Positions 19,572 to 31,428 of a DNA stretch of 64,000 nt are shown here, one piece after another. Each line of letters opens with the position of its first letter. The stretch's first letter is position 1. This DNA is from a virus. Both the position numbers and the translations under genes were made by a program. The stretch lies in the IMG/VR virus record IMGVR_UViG_3300022916_000005; one strand, written 5' to 3'. The notes below the pieces were generated by a model, which made no database searches, was not told the origin of the DNA, and was given only the letters and a program-made list of their open reading frames with translations.

Positions 19572-20822
19572 ATGGCTTACGATCTTCAGAAAAGCATTTA
19601 CTCTTTACTTAGGGACCAGCCCTTTTTTAGTGTCTTCTCTCGCATGGTCGAGAAGAAGGCAACCAAAGGGATCCCAACGGCAGGAGTACGAGTAACTAAT
19701 GATGGTTATTTCGAGATGGCATACAATCCCGACTTCTTTGAGAACATTGGGGGAGAAGGGGTTAGTGAGGAAGTTCGTGATCGATATCGCAAGGGCGTTT
19801 TGATGCACGAATTCTATCACATCATTCTTGGTCACATTACAACTCGCAGGCCAGGAGAGAAGGATGATGCTCATACTGCCAAGTTGTGGAATTATGCCAC
19901 AGACATGGCAATCAACTCCCACATCCCTAATGAGCTACCTGATTTTGCGCTTCTTCCTGGGCGTGGTCCGTTTGCGGACTTCCCAACTATGCAAAGTTCC
20001 GAGTTCTACTACAACAAGATTCGAGAGATGTCAGACGAAGAGCAGAAGAACAAGATGGGAGAAGGTGAAGAAGGCCAGATGGACGATCATGGCGAGTGGG
20101 GAGAAGGAAATGGGAATGGAGAAGGAGAAGGAAAAGAAGGTAATGGGCCTGTTACTGACGGGAGCACTTTGAAGGAAATGGCAGAAAATCGCCTGAAGGA
20201 GATGTTGAAGAAGTCCACTCAGGAAGTATCACAGTCTTCGCAGGGTTGGGGAAATATCAGTCAGGAAATCCAGAAGCACATTATGGATATGATTCGTCCT
20301 GCCGTTGTTGATTGGGCTCGCTATCTTCGATACTTTGTCAAGAAGTCGCAAAGGACAAGTAGGCGAAGCACTGTAAGGCGATTGAGTAGGCGAACGCCTT
20401 ACATCCATCCTGGAAAGGTCGTCAAGCGACAGGCAAAGATCGCTGTTAGCATTGATCAGTCTGGCTCTGTTGATGATCTGTTGCTTGCCAAGTTCTTCAA
20501 TGAACTCAACGGCTTGGCAGAACACGCAGACTTCACCGTAGTTCCTTTCGATCATGTTGTCCAGACGGATGAGGTTTTTGAGTGGAAGCAGGGGAAAAAG
20601 ATGATGCCGAAGCGCGTTAGTTGTGGAGGTACAGATTTTGACGCTCCTACAGATTATGTCAATGGTCTTGTCTTTGATGGGCATATCGTCTTGACAGATA
20701 TGTATGCGCCTAAGCCTGGGCCGTCAAAATGTCAGAGAATGTGGATTGTACCAATGGAACAGAAGGAGCGTCCTTTCTTTGATACCAATGAAGTAAAGAT
20801 TTATATTCCACACGATATGTAG
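19572..20822 (+). CDS. Metallopeptidase-vWA protein (DUF2201-like), MoxR partner
   Basis: HEFYH zinc motif, WNYATDMAIN, MIDAS DQSGS, GGTDF, LTD. Confidence 0.85.
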   Translation: MAYDLQKSIYSLLRDQPFFSVFSRMVEKKATKGIPTAGVRVTNDGYFEMAYNPDFFENIGGEGVSEEVRDRYRKGVLMHEFYHIILGHITTRRPGEKDDAHTAKLWNYATDMAINSHIPNELPDFALLPGRGPFADFPTMQSSEFYYNKIREMSDEEQKNKMGEGEEGQMDDHGEWGEGNGNGEGEGKEGNGPVTDGSTLKEMAENRLKEMLKKSTQEVSQSSQGWGNISQEIQKHIMDMIRPAVVDWARYLRYFVKKSQRTSRRSTVRRLSRRTPYIHPGKVVKRQAKIAVSIDQSGSVDDLLLAKFFNELNGLAEHADFTVVPFDHVVQTDEVFEWKQGKKMMPKRVSCGGTDFDAPTDYVNGLVFDGHIVLTDMYAPKPGPSKCQRMWIVPMEQKERPFFDTNEVKIYIPHDM

Positions 20823-21651
20823 GGAAAGATGAAATCTGCAGGAAATGTCAAGGCTGGCGATATTATTGTCTGGAAAAGTGGTAATAATATCGCCAACTCT
20901 GTGGTAATTAAAGTTGAACTAGACCGTTTTGCATTAAGTGAAGTTATAGAAATCAAAAACTATGGAGAGAAGCGAAGTGGATTTTTAAATAAAGAGAAAA
21001 CAAAAATTAGTATAAAAACTTTGAAGACTACAAAAGACTAAAGTGGAACGACTATGCCTCCAATTTTTGGCAAGTTATTGACGTATATGGACCCAAAGAA
21101 TAATGAATAAAAGAGTTAGACAATTGGTTCATGACATAAAGTCTCTTAAAGTTGGAGATGTCGTTATCTACAGGAGAGGTTCAGATAGGTGTATTGGGTA
21201 TACAATTATAACAGAAGTTGGAGAACTTATTCGTTGGAAGACCAACATTATATCGAATAGAAACGACTTCTTCCTTGGAAAAGGTTGTGAAGAAAAGTAT
21301 CGTTTGATCAGTTATGCCAAAAGACAAAACAGTTCTACTCCTGGATTAGTTTGGGATCCTATTTATGTGATTAAAGTTGATGAAGATGTTTGATGTCAAA
21401 AACTTAAATGTAGGAGACATCCTCGTTTGGAAAACCATAGGTGGAAAAGTTACTTACACCACAATTTTAGGCATGTACGGAGAAGACCTCTCCAAAAAAT
21501 ATGTAGCTAGGAGTTTTTTAATTAATGTTGGCATGTTCGATGAAGTGGATAAGATATTCTCCATAATAAACTTAGAAGAGTGGCAAGAAAAAAGAGTAGA
21601 CTTGGAAGATTATTGGCAGTTAGTTGACATTATCACTTCGGAGAAGAAGCA

Positions 21652-21828
21652 ATGAATCAAACATTACGACAATTTGCAATCGTGAACCTATCCCTCATCT
21701 TGTCAAAGCTTTCGGTTGCAGAAGAAAAGGCATCAGCCCCAACAACCGAATTGTCAGGATCTGTTGAACAACCGGCACAACAGACAGAACCTCCAAAGAA
21801 GAGTAATCCTATCGGGTTTTGCAGGTAA
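21652..21828 (+). CDS. 58-aa protein ending in NPIGFCR (below the ORF-track cutoff)
   Basis: ATG overlaps the upstream stop (AATGA); open to TAA at 21826; hydrophobic N-part, flexible linker, IGF tail. Confidence 0.55.
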   Translation: MNQTLRQFAIVNLSLILSKLSVAEEKASAPTTELSGSVEQPAQQTEPPKKSNPIGFCR

Positions 21829-22113
21829 AACCATGAATCATCGAGATATTATGTTAAAGGTAGGAGATATTATTTGCTTCCATGTCGAAAGTTTCGACAC
21901 TAAAGAACAAGAGACATATGAAACATATATTGTCATCTTTGCAGATGAAAAAAAGGTCAAGACAAGGTGTGTGCAAACTGAGAAAATTGACATAGATAGT
22001 CAAGGTCTTCACGAGGGTGAAATTTTAATTAAAATTGCTCATTGACAATCGGTCTCTGCCATGGTATGATGTTCTTGATTGGTAAGGGAAATAAACAATA
22101 AGGACATCAAAAA

Positions 22114-22521
22114 ATGAAGATAAAGCATCTTTCCAATAAGCAGAGAGCATACATAGAGCTTTGTAAGCGGGTTGCACTACAGAGTGATCATCCATTTCAG
22201 AAGCACGGAGCAGCACTCGTCAAGGGAGGAAAAGTAATTAACACTTCCTTTAATCGAAATCAGTTCAACAAGTTTGCACAGAGGTTTTGGTACAAAGATA
22301 ATGGACATGGGACAATCCATGCAGAGATTGGAGCAATCTTGAATGTTGATCGTTCCATCACAGAAGGGGCAACCATCTATGTTGTAAGAATTGGTAGAGC
22401 AGATGGGATTATGAAAAACAGTAAGCCATGCGATATGTGTGCTGCCGTAATGAAGTTTGCAGGGATCAAGAGAGTTATTTATTCCTACAAGGATGGTGTG
22501 TTTTGTCAGAACAAGATCTAA
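22114..22521 (+). CDS. Cytidine/dCMP deaminase-family protein
   Basis: HGAALV, HAE, SKPCDMC, GIKRVIY; own promoter at 22042. Confidence 0.85.
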   Translation: MKIKHLSNKQRAYIELCKRVALQSDHPFQKHGAALVKGGKVINTSFNRNQFNKFAQRFWYKDNGHGTIHAEIGAILNVDRSITEGATIYVVRIGRADGIMKNSKPCDMCAAVMKFAGIKRVIYSYKDGVFCQNKI

Positions 22522-24281
22522 AATTCAAAGTAGGAGATATCATATGGGACATTGACATAAAATGTTATGGGTATATCTTCAAAATTGACAGTGACAAGGA
22601 ATACAGAAGATTTCCTCTCTATTGTTGTCGTTATTTCCCTAAGATTAGACATTCCAATTTCTCTCATACCTCCATCAGAGAGAAAGAATCAATTCTCATT
22701 TCAAGGTTGAATTGACATGGATGATATGAAGTTCAAAGTAGGAGATTTAATATGGAATGACAATCATGAATGTTATTGTTACATCCTCGATATTGATTCA
22801 GTAAGATTTCGCTTTGTCTATTATCACAATACTCTTTTCACTAAAACAGGAAATGTCGATAATTATTTCTCAAAAGGCTCTCCAACAGAAAAAGAAAGCT
22901 TTCTTATTTCAAGGTTGAATCGATATGAATGATTTGAAGTTCAAAATAGGAGACATTATATGCGATTCTTATGATGGTTCTCTATATTATATTCGAGGAT
23001 TTACCCCGCGTGCTGGCAGTGGGTCTGGGGAATATAATATTGTCTTCATTGTTTCAAATTCGATTGGTATGGTTAATTCGTGTAATTATGATCATCTTGT
23101 AGTTGGAGGAACAGCATATGAAGAGTCATTTTTGGTCTTAAGGATTGGCAAGTAATGCGTTGCGAAGAACTAAAACTACACGACTTTGTCATATCAACAG
23201 ATAATAAAGGAGAATTTAATGAAGAAAGTCATTATGAGATAGTTGTGATGGTTTCGACTGACGGGACACACATCTCTCACGATGGCAAGGTAAAAAATTA
23301 CGCTCAAAATAAAATAAAAAACTATTGCTATGTGACATTTTATAGGTTCTCTGATAAAAGATACTATCTTGATGTTTACAAAGAAGAAAGTAGGAACAAA
23401 GAGAATCAAGATATGTATATTTTAATTTCGAGAGCACAATAGAAACATCTTGACAACCTGTTCAAGATGGGTTATGATACTATATACAAATGGTGCGATA
23501 CAAAACAACGTGAGGAGAATCACAACAATGGCGAGTAACAAGAAGACCAATCCAAATCAGATCACTGTACGCAACTTCGAGAAGGACAGTAGGCACGACA
23601 CCTATGACAAGGCAGAACTTCGTCTTGTCGAACTAAAGACGAAGAGTCCCTTCGCTAATGTCAAGATTCGACGACGTACAGATGGATATCGAGTAATGGT
23701 GCAGAACGGAAAAAAGAACATCCCAGCACCAAAGGAACGGTTCAACATCCTTCCAGACGTTCCAACACTTGAAGAGATCCTTAATACATGATGTTCCCGA
23801 CATCAAACAGAGAAAGGAAGCAAAAAGCAGAACAAAAAATTGATGATGAGTTATATCGAGGATTTGATTTACATTCATTATTGGTAGAAGCTTATCAAAG
23901 AATCGAAATTCTTGAAAGAAAAAATAAATCATTAATGAGTTCGTCAGATCACCTTGTAGACCAAATTAGTTAAGATGACAATACAAAAACTAGGATATAA
24001 CTTAAAAGTTGGTTCTGTAATTTACTATTATGACGAAAGTAATTACAGAACCAATTCTCAATATGGGGTAGTTATCAAAGCTTTTGAAGTATCTGATCTT
24101 TATTCCAATTGTGTGATTGTATCGTGGGAAAAAGGCGCTCAATACAAATATACTGTAAGGGATTTGAATAGATTTTTCCTAGAAGATAAATCCTTTATAA
24201 TTATCATTTCTTGACATCCTTTTCTCTTGACAATCCATACCTTCCATGTTACAATATCTCATAACCAATCAAGGAACTGCC

Positions 24282-25019
24282 ATGCTTATCCATTATATGA
24301 GCGATCTACATTTCGAGCACATGACGGGTGAACAGACAATCCAGTTTATCAAGTATCTTCCGTATGGCGAAACTGTTGTAATTGCTGGAGATATCTGTGC
24401 AGAGCATGATAGGTTGCCAATGTGTATTACTGGCATCGCGACACACTTTGAGAACACCATCTTCGTTCTTGGTAATCATGAATATTACAGCATCGATAAG
24501 CCTTTGTTGTATTCGATTGCCAATAAAATTGACAAAATTGATGGCATTCATTGGTTGCAGAAGTATCGACCAGTCACTATCAATGGTGTAACTTTTATTG
24601 GTGATACCATGTGGTTTTCTGACGATCCGTTGAACTCTATTTATCGTGGATGGATGAATGATTTTAAGTATATTCCCAAATTCACCAGTTGGGTATATGA
24701 CGAGAATGCAAACACAATCGACAGAATCAAGCAACTATCAAACAATGAGACGATTGTTGTTTCTCACCATGCCCCTTCGACACTGAGCATCTCCGAGAAT
24801 TATAAGACATCGAATCTTAATAGGTATTACTACACAGATATGACAGGCTTGATGTTGAGCGATAATGCTCCAAAGTTGTGGATTCATGGACACATGCACG
24901 ATCCTATTGATTACAAAATTGGAGGAACACGAGTAGTTGCCAATCCTTTTGGATACATTCATCACGCAGAAACTGGCAGCTTTGATGGGAATCGATATTG
25001 TGATACGAATCAAGTTTAA
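24282..25019 (+). CDS. Calcineurin-like metallophosphoesterase
   Basis: SDLH, AGDI, GNHE, HHAP, HGHMH, NPFGY. Confidence 0.9.
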   Translation: MLIHYMSDLHFEHMTGEQTIQFIKYLPYGETVVIAGDICAEHDRLPMCITGIATHFENTIFVLGNHEYYSIDKPLLYSIANKIDKIDGIHWLQKYRPVTINGVTFIGDTMWFSDDPLNSIYRGWMNDFKYIPKFTSWVYDENANTIDRIKQLSNNETIVVSHHAPSTLSISENYKTSNLNRYYYTDMTGLMLSDNAPKLWIHGHMHDPIDYKIGGTRVVANPFGYIHHAETGSFDGNRYCDTNQV

Positions 25020-25426
25020 GGTAGGCGATCTGATCAGGTTCGGCTTTGCCAATAATATTGATATATTATATTATGCCATTATTGTTAGAGTTGATAAACA
25101 TAGAAAAATGTATCGAGTTAGGTTTTTTGGGAATAGAAGAGGTGAGCCCAAAGAAAGAGATATTTATGTAGGATTAAAAATCACAAAGCTTAATTGGGGA
25201 CTTTAGATATGACTCCTAAATTACTTAAAGTGGGAGATGTTGTCAGATCTCTGTACAAACACGGTCTTGATAAAGTTAAGATTGGAACCATCATTAAAGC
25301 ATCATTAATAGAGAGTTTAAGCTCTAATTACAACCTTTATTGGGTAGTCTATCCTAATCAAAACCAAGAACTTATCAACACTATTGGTTGGAATATTGAA
25401 CTCGTTTATTCCAAGGACGACAACGA

Positions 25427-25795
25427 ATGATCTACCTACATCAAGTAATGCCATATGTCCGAGGAGCACAAAAGAAAAAAAAGCCCTTTATCACAATTGA
25501 AGGACATCAAGTATCTACAGCAACGCTACCATTAAGGTTGTTTGTCAAGAAGGGAACAACTTGTTATGAATGTGGAGCACAAGGGACACATTTTGAATTA
25601 GTTAAGAGTAATCCAACACAAGAGAAGATCGTGTATTCTGTCAAGCTTATAATCAATTCGACAGAAAAGAAAGATATCTTTATGACAGTTGATCATATTA
25701 GACCAAAGAGCAAGGGTGGAAAGAACGGAATGTATAATCTTCAGCCAATGTGTAACATCTGCAATCTAAGAAAAGGTAATTCAAGATGTCACTAA
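25427..25795 (+). CDS. HNH endonuclease
   Basis: CYECG...TVDHIRPKSKGG...NLQPMCNICNLRKGN. Confidence 0.85.
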   Translation: MIYLHQVMPYVRGAQKKKKPFITIEGHQVSTATLPLRLFVKKGTTCYECGAQGTHFELVKSNPTQEKIVYSVKLIINSTEKKDIFMTVDHIRPKSKGGKNGMYNLQPMCNICNLRKGNSRCH

Positions 25796-26088
25796 AGGTC
25801 GAAGTTTTAATAAGGGAAAACAATGAACTTTAAAGTAGGAACAATATTTCTCTATACAACTATTGGGAAGAAATATAACGGATTGGCCTTGATCGAAGAG
25901 AAGTGTGATAAAAATTGCATCGTTAGGATTCGGTGGAAAGAGGACAATAATCTATACAATTATAGTTTTGAGTATTTTCAAAGAATTATTGATAACGGTA
26001 CGATCAGAATCGTTGTTTAATTTTTCCCTTGACTGCCACGCCATCTTGTGGTATCATATACTTACAAATCGACAGGAGAAAATACAAC

Positions 26089-26736
26089 ATGGGAAAGGGA
26101 TTAGTTTTTTTAGGATCATTATTTTTGATATTTATGTGTCTTGGAGGATTTTCAAAAAATAAACATGTTAGTAATATTAAATTGGTACAAACAAATAAAA
26201 AGATTGTAGCGACAAAGGTTAAAAAAGAATGTAATGGATATAAAAATGATGGAACTTATTTGGCAATATCAAATACGAATTCCAATTTTGCAGATTGGCA
26301 AAAGGAAAATTCAATCTTACAGTCAGGGAAGTGGATTGTGAACAAAGGAGATCATTGCTATATGAGTTCTGCGGGAGAAGACGACCATAATATTAATTTA
26401 ACAAGCGTATCTGTTCGAAAAGATAAAATCACATTATATTTGTCAAAGCATAACGTAGTTGAACAATTTCATTTGTCAGTAGATGATGGGGATTATGGTA
26501 AACAGTTTTCAAAAGAAGATTTGGTTAAGATTAAAGAAGACGACAAATATGGAAACTATACCCTTCCCAACGATCTACTTCCTTTCCTAAAGTCTGGGTC
26601 TAAATTGCAAATAACAGTGATGGTAATGTATCATTATCCTTTGTGTGCCTATGAAACACACAACTACGAATTGGACTTGAAGGGATTTACCAGAGCATTT
26701 AAAGCATTGTCCTCTTCAAAATGTCTGTCACATTGA
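26089..26736 (+). CDS. Exported or membrane-anchored hypothetical protein
   Basis: Signal-like hydrophobic N-terminus; promoter at 26029; GGAG RBS. Confidence 0.55.
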   Translation: MGKGLVFLGSLFLIFMCLGGFSKNKHVSNIKLVQTNKKIVATKVKKECNGYKNDGTYLAISNTNSNFADWQKENSILQSGKWIVNKGDHCYMSSAGEDDHNINLTSVSVRKDKITLYLSKHNVVEQFHLSVDDGDYGKQFSKEDLVKIKEDDKYGNYTLPNDLLPFLKSGSKLQITVMVMYHYPLCAYETHNYELDLKGFTRAFKALSSSKCLSH

Positions 26737-26798
26737 AATTATTTTACTGGAAAAGTTCAAGTTGATGGACTTTTTCTTATCTCGGTACTATTTACTAT

Positions 26799-27800
26799 AT
26801 GAAGAAAATAAACTATTGCCCATTTTGTAATCAAGAAATGCAGATGCCAAAAGATTCTCGTCATCATTTCTATTGCAAATCAAAACCAAAAGAGATAACA
26901 GAATCCAAAGAAGTTAGATACTCATTTTTGACACACAACTTTCCAGAACTTGACGAAGAAACTGTCAAAAGGTTGTACCTTGAGGAGTTTTATTCATTAC
27001 CAGATTTCAAGAGAGAACACGGAATTGGGTATACTCAAACCAAGTTTCTTTTGGAGTATTATGACATCAAAACGAGGAACATCTCTCAATCAACCCTTCT
27101 CGACAAAACGAGAAATAAATATAAAGCAACATGTCTGAAGAACTTTGGAGCAGAGCACAATCTTGCCAAAGGAACTGAAGGGTACGAGAAGAGGAACAGA
27201 ACAGTAAGAGAAAGATATGGTGTCGATAATATTTTCCAGACGGAGAAGGTAAAGAAACAAATTGCAGATGATTCTTTATGGATTGAAAAGTACGGACATA
27301 CACTAAGAGAGCACAGAGGATTAAAATCAAAAGAAGTGTGGACAGCATTAAATGACGAACAAAAGACGAAATGGTTAGATAATAGTATTAGATCTGATTC
27401 TTGTCGAACCAATTGTAAAGGACCACATTCTAAATTAGAAACAAGAGTAGCTCAAGTTCTCGATTCACAATCAATTCAGTATGAACGTAACTTTGTCATT
27501 AAATACAACAAAGGAAAGAATCATTATCACTATGATTTCATGATCAAATCTCTTAACGTGATTATCGAAGTTAATGGAGATTTCTGGCACGCTAACTCAA
27601 AGAAATACAACAAAGAACAAGAAGTCAATTACCCAGCAGGATTCGTTAAAGCAAGGGATATTTGGAAGAAGGATTTCAAGAAGACAAAGAAAGCAGTAAA
27701 CAATGGGCACAAGATCGTTTTCATTTGGGAAGATGAAATGAAATATATGAGCGAAGATCAGTTAAGGAGCCTGTTGTTTGAAAGGTTGGGAATCTCTTGA
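26799..27800 (+). CDS. Putative homing endonuclease with Vsr/DUF559-like PD-(D/E)xK C-terminal domain
   Basis: TCLKNFGAEH and TVRERYGVDN repeats; SKLE...YDF...IIEVNGDFWH...FIWE. Confidence 0.8.
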   Translation: MKKINYCPFCNQEMQMPKDSRHHFYCKSKPKEITESKEVRYSFLTHNFPELDEETVKRLYLEEFYSLPDFKREHGIGYTQTKFLLEYYDIKTRNISQSTLLDKTRNKYKATCLKNFGAEHNLAKGTEGYEKRNRTVRERYGVDNIFQTEKVKKQIADDSLWIEKYGHTLREHRGLKSKEVWTALNDEQKTKWLDNSIRSDSCRTNCKGPHSKLETRVAQVLDSQSIQYERNFVIKYNKGKNHYHYDFMIKSLNVIIEVNGDFWHANSKKYNKEQEVNYPAGFVKARDIWKKDFKKTKKAVNNGHKIVFIWEDEMKYMSEDQLRSLLFERLGIS

Positions 27801-27867
27801 AACTTCCCCCTTGACAAGGCAATATGTTCGTGATAGAATGTAATTACAAATCGACAGGAGTTACAAC

Positions 27868-28773
27868 ATGGGATACATGCATATTGACAATCTTGAGAAG
27901 CCGAGGGCACAAAGGATTTTAGACTTTAAAGAGGTTTACGTAGTTGAGAAAATTCACGGCACGAGTTCAAATTTATCCTTTAAAATCAATGAGTTAGGAG
28001 AAGAAGAATTGAGGTTCTTTTCTGGAGGGATGAGTCATCAACTCTTCATTAACATTTTTGATCAGGATGCTCTTCTTGCCAATTTCCGCAATCTTGGTGT
28101 GCAAGCGATTACCATCTATGGCGAAGCGTATGGCGGAAGTATGCAAAAGATGTCGCATTCATATGGCAAGGAGGCCAAGTTCATTGCATTTGATGTCAAA
28201 ATTGTTGATCATTGGCTCGATTTCGACAAGGCCCATAAACTAGTGACAGACGACATGAATCTTGAATTCGTATGGTTTACCAAGTCGAGTACAGACATTG
28301 AAGAGTTGATCAAGTGGCGTAATCAGGAATGTCAGCAGGCAATCCGTAATGGTATGGGTCACGGGCATAAGAGTGAAGGGATCGTAATTCGACCATTGTG
28401 GGAATGTGCTACCAACAATGGAAAGCGAATGCTTGTCAAGTTCAAGAATGCCGATTTCCAAGAAAGAAAGAACCCTCCATCGGTTGAGGATATGCTCAAG
28501 AAAGAAGAGAAGCTCAAAGTTCTTGCAGATGCGAGAAAGATTGCAGATGAGTGGGTAACAGAAATGAGGCTCACTCACGTACTTGACAAGATTGTGGGTG
28601 AAATTGATATGACTCGTACTGGCGAAATTATCAAGGCAATGCAAGAAGATGTTCTCCGAGAGGCAGAGGGAGAAATTATTGTATCAAAGAATACGTTAGG
28701 GCAGATTGCCGCAACAACGGCAAAGATGCTCAAGCGTCGATTGAATGACAATTTGATGAATAAAGAAAGATAA
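27868..28773 (+). CDS. Rnl2-like ATP-dependent RNA ligase
   Basis: Motif I EKIHGT, GEAYG, FDV, EGIV, KFK; promoter at 27811. Confidence 0.8.
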   Translation: MGYMHIDNLEKPRAQRILDFKEVYVVEKIHGTSSNLSFKINELGEEELRFFSGGMSHQLFINIFDQDALLANFRNLGVQAITIYGEAYGGSMQKMSHSYGKEAKFIAFDVKIVDHWLDFDKAHKLVTDDMNLEFVWFTKSSTDIEELIKWRNQECQQAIRNGMGHGHKSEGIVIRPLWECATNNGKRMLVKFKNADFQERKNPPSVEDMLKKEEKLKVLADARKIADEWVTEMRLTHVLDKIVGEIDMTRTGEIIKAMQEDVLREAEGEIIVSKNTLGQIAATTAKMLKRRLNDNLMNKER

Positions 28774-29159
28774 TGATCAAGCCATATCAAATTTGGGTAG
28801 ATGGCACCGTTATTTACGATGACGATTATGATACTCCAAAGCCTGACGGATGTGCCATTAGTATCCCAGACAAGACAATTAAATGGTATCAAAATGGCAA
28901 ACTTCACCGCATTGACGGCCCTGCCATCGAATATGCCGATGGTGGCAAATCTTGGTATCAAAATGGCAAACATCACCGCATTGACGGCCCTGCCATTGAA
29001 TATGTCAATGGTGACAAATGTTGGTATCAAAATGGCAAGTGTCACCGCATTGGCGGCCCTGCTCTTGAATATATTGATAGTTACAAATTTTGGTATATTG
29101 ATGGTATCAAATATTCCGAGCAAGACTATAGTATTGAAATTGCTAGGAGAAGTAAATGA
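28773..29159 (+). CDS. HRIDGPA repeat protein, class A, 3 units
   Basis: MIKPYQIWVDG cap plus repeats. Confidence 0.85.
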   Translation: MIKPYQIWVDGTVIYDDDYDTPKPDGCAISIPDKTIKWYQNGKLHRIDGPAIEYADGGKSWYQNGKHHRIDGPAIEYVNGDKCWYQNGKCHRIGGPALEYIDSYKFWYIDGIKYSEQDYSIEIARRSK

Positions 29160-29449
29160 AAAAGAGAACTAAAACAATATTGGGAACATTGAGCACAATT
29201 GGAAGTTTTATCTTCTTAGTTTGGTTTATCGGAACATGCAACAGGTCATGTGAACGATATGCAGAATATCAGAGGTGCGAAATTTCTGTAGTCTCGGAAT
29301 TCTGTAAAACACAAGGATATTTGACAGGGAACGGAGATATTTATCGTGAGCAATTCCAATGTGTAAATAAAGATGGAACTATAAGTAAAAATCTGTCTGC
29401 AAAAGTTCTTGTTAATCTTAAATCTCGATGTCCTAGATAAAATAACTAT

Positions 29450-29523
29450 TCTCCGATAACTTAGTTGGTCAAAGTATTCTCCTTATAAGAGAAAAATCGT
29501 CGGTTCGATCCCGACTCGGAGAA
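29450..29523 (+). tRNA. tRNA-Ile(TAT)
   Basis: TCTCCGA/TCGGAGA acceptor, TTCTC-CTTATAA-GAGAA anticodon arm, GTCGG-TTCGATC-CCGAC. Confidence 0.88.
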
Positions 29524-31428
29524 CCTTTCCACCTTGACAACTCGTTTCCCTCGTGATATCATGTACTTGTGAATGGGAACCTCCATCATCGAGAACGATA
29601 TGTACAATGAACTAGAAAAAATAAAAAGTTACAAAAGAATGTTGTTCTTTGATACCCACTCAGAACAGTACTTTGTTGTAAAAGATGTTGTTTTGTTCCC
29701 TAAATTGTATTGTCGAAATGTGTCATGCAGAGACAACAAGAACGAGAATTGTCATTCTTGGAATTCAAGTGGAATCAGGATGTTCTGCTTTTACAAAAAT
29801 AACTCAGCTAGTACAACTTGCATTTCGTCAACAAGTTTCTTAAACAAAGTTGAAATTGGAGAATACGATGTCATCTCAAGAAATGAATAATCATGTCAAA
29901 AAGCTGTATCTAGAGATTCAACAGGCAGAGGAAATGAAGAAACTTCTTAACGTTATTTCTGGAGGGATTTCTTATCAAAATGGATATCACCAAGACCAAT
30001 CGGAAGAGACAACTCGTGCCTTCTCTGTTTTGAGCGCAGAACTTAACAAAAAGCAGAATCGTTTATGGGCGTATCTTGCTCAAGTTTCCTTTGTTAGTGG
30101 AGAACTCGAAAAAGAAACAAGAGATAAGGTGACAGAGAAGTTTGTCAAAATTGCTTTAAAGACAGGGACAGACATCCCAGGTTATCTCGGATATGACAGA
30201 TATAACAAAGATGGCAAATTGTTTCGTAAAGAAGTAAACGACAAGTTTGAAGAATTTGTTGAAGAAAACGATATTCAAGAAGAGGAAGAGGATTCTAATT
30301 CCTATAGAGTTTGGCAAGATTTGGATGATGAAGAGAAAAAAGAATGAAATATCCAATAGGAACAATCTTTTACTACAACAATAATGGAGTTTCTGACTAT
30401 TGCTATGCGGTGAGTTATAACTCCTTTACACTTTCATATAAAATAAAGTGGAATAAGATACTTTGTGGGGCATATTTTGATTATAGTGAGACATCTATCA
30501 CTGGAGGAATTAAGAGGAAATGTTGGGAGATAATCATATGAAAGTAAATATTATCGGAATGATCTTGTATGATCCTAACTTTAAGGGTGGGGAGTTTGGA
30601 GTAGTTATAGAAGGAAGTCGCGATATGGAAGGAGAGGTTTCGATTCTTTGGCAAAAATATGGCAATCAATCTGGAGTTTCAAGATCGGGCATTATTGACT
30701 CTATTGCTGATAAAGGTTTTATTATTATTTCTCCGTTAAGTGAAAAGGAAAAAGAAAGTATCCATCTAGAGATTTATGAAACAACAGACCTTTCGGAGCA
30801 CCTTTAGCCAATCTTTTTCCTTGACTGCCACGTCATCCTGTGGTATCATGTATCTAGAAACGGTCGAAAGAGTGGAGAGAAAATGAAGCGTCAATACAAA
30901 AGATTAAGCCTTAAAGAACATTTTTGTCTTGGACACTTTTATTATGTTGAGGAACTTCTTGATGAAGGAAGCATCAAACCTTGTACTCCTATCTTTAATA
31001 AAAATGGATGGTTTTACGATAGGTTTGAAGATGTTTCTTGGATTGAATTTGATGGGAAAGCCTATGTTGACGAAAATTCTGATCGTTTTAAAAGGAAGGT
31101 CTACTCTTTTAAACTTCTTCGCAAGTGCGAACTAGATTCGATTAAGGTCTTGGTTGATAATAAGATTCTCAAGAATGAGAATCCTTTATGGAAGTGTTAT
31201 TGCGATAACCATGAGTACCTTTACCACAGAAGTCTAATGGTAGAGACGAGGATTTCTGTCAATAGGATGAGAAAGTAAATGAAAAGGTTATGAGATGAAG
31301 CGCCAAAAGAACGACAAGAGAAAGAGTAAGCGTAAAAAGAAAAAGATAGACAAAGCCTTTGAAGATTGTAGGAAAAGAGAAGAAGGGCAAGACGCTCAGT
31401 GGAGAGAATTGAGGAAGTGGGGAGAAAA

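Larger units (their letters stand above)
20829..24214 (+). other. Cluster of small hypothetical genes dominated by SH3-like paralogs (20829, 21103, 21383, 21833, ~22500, 22717, 22925, 23975)
   Basis: Repeated (F/L)K(V/I)GD(I/L/V)(I/V) motifs; several end in S(F/I)LISR. Confidence 0.55.
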
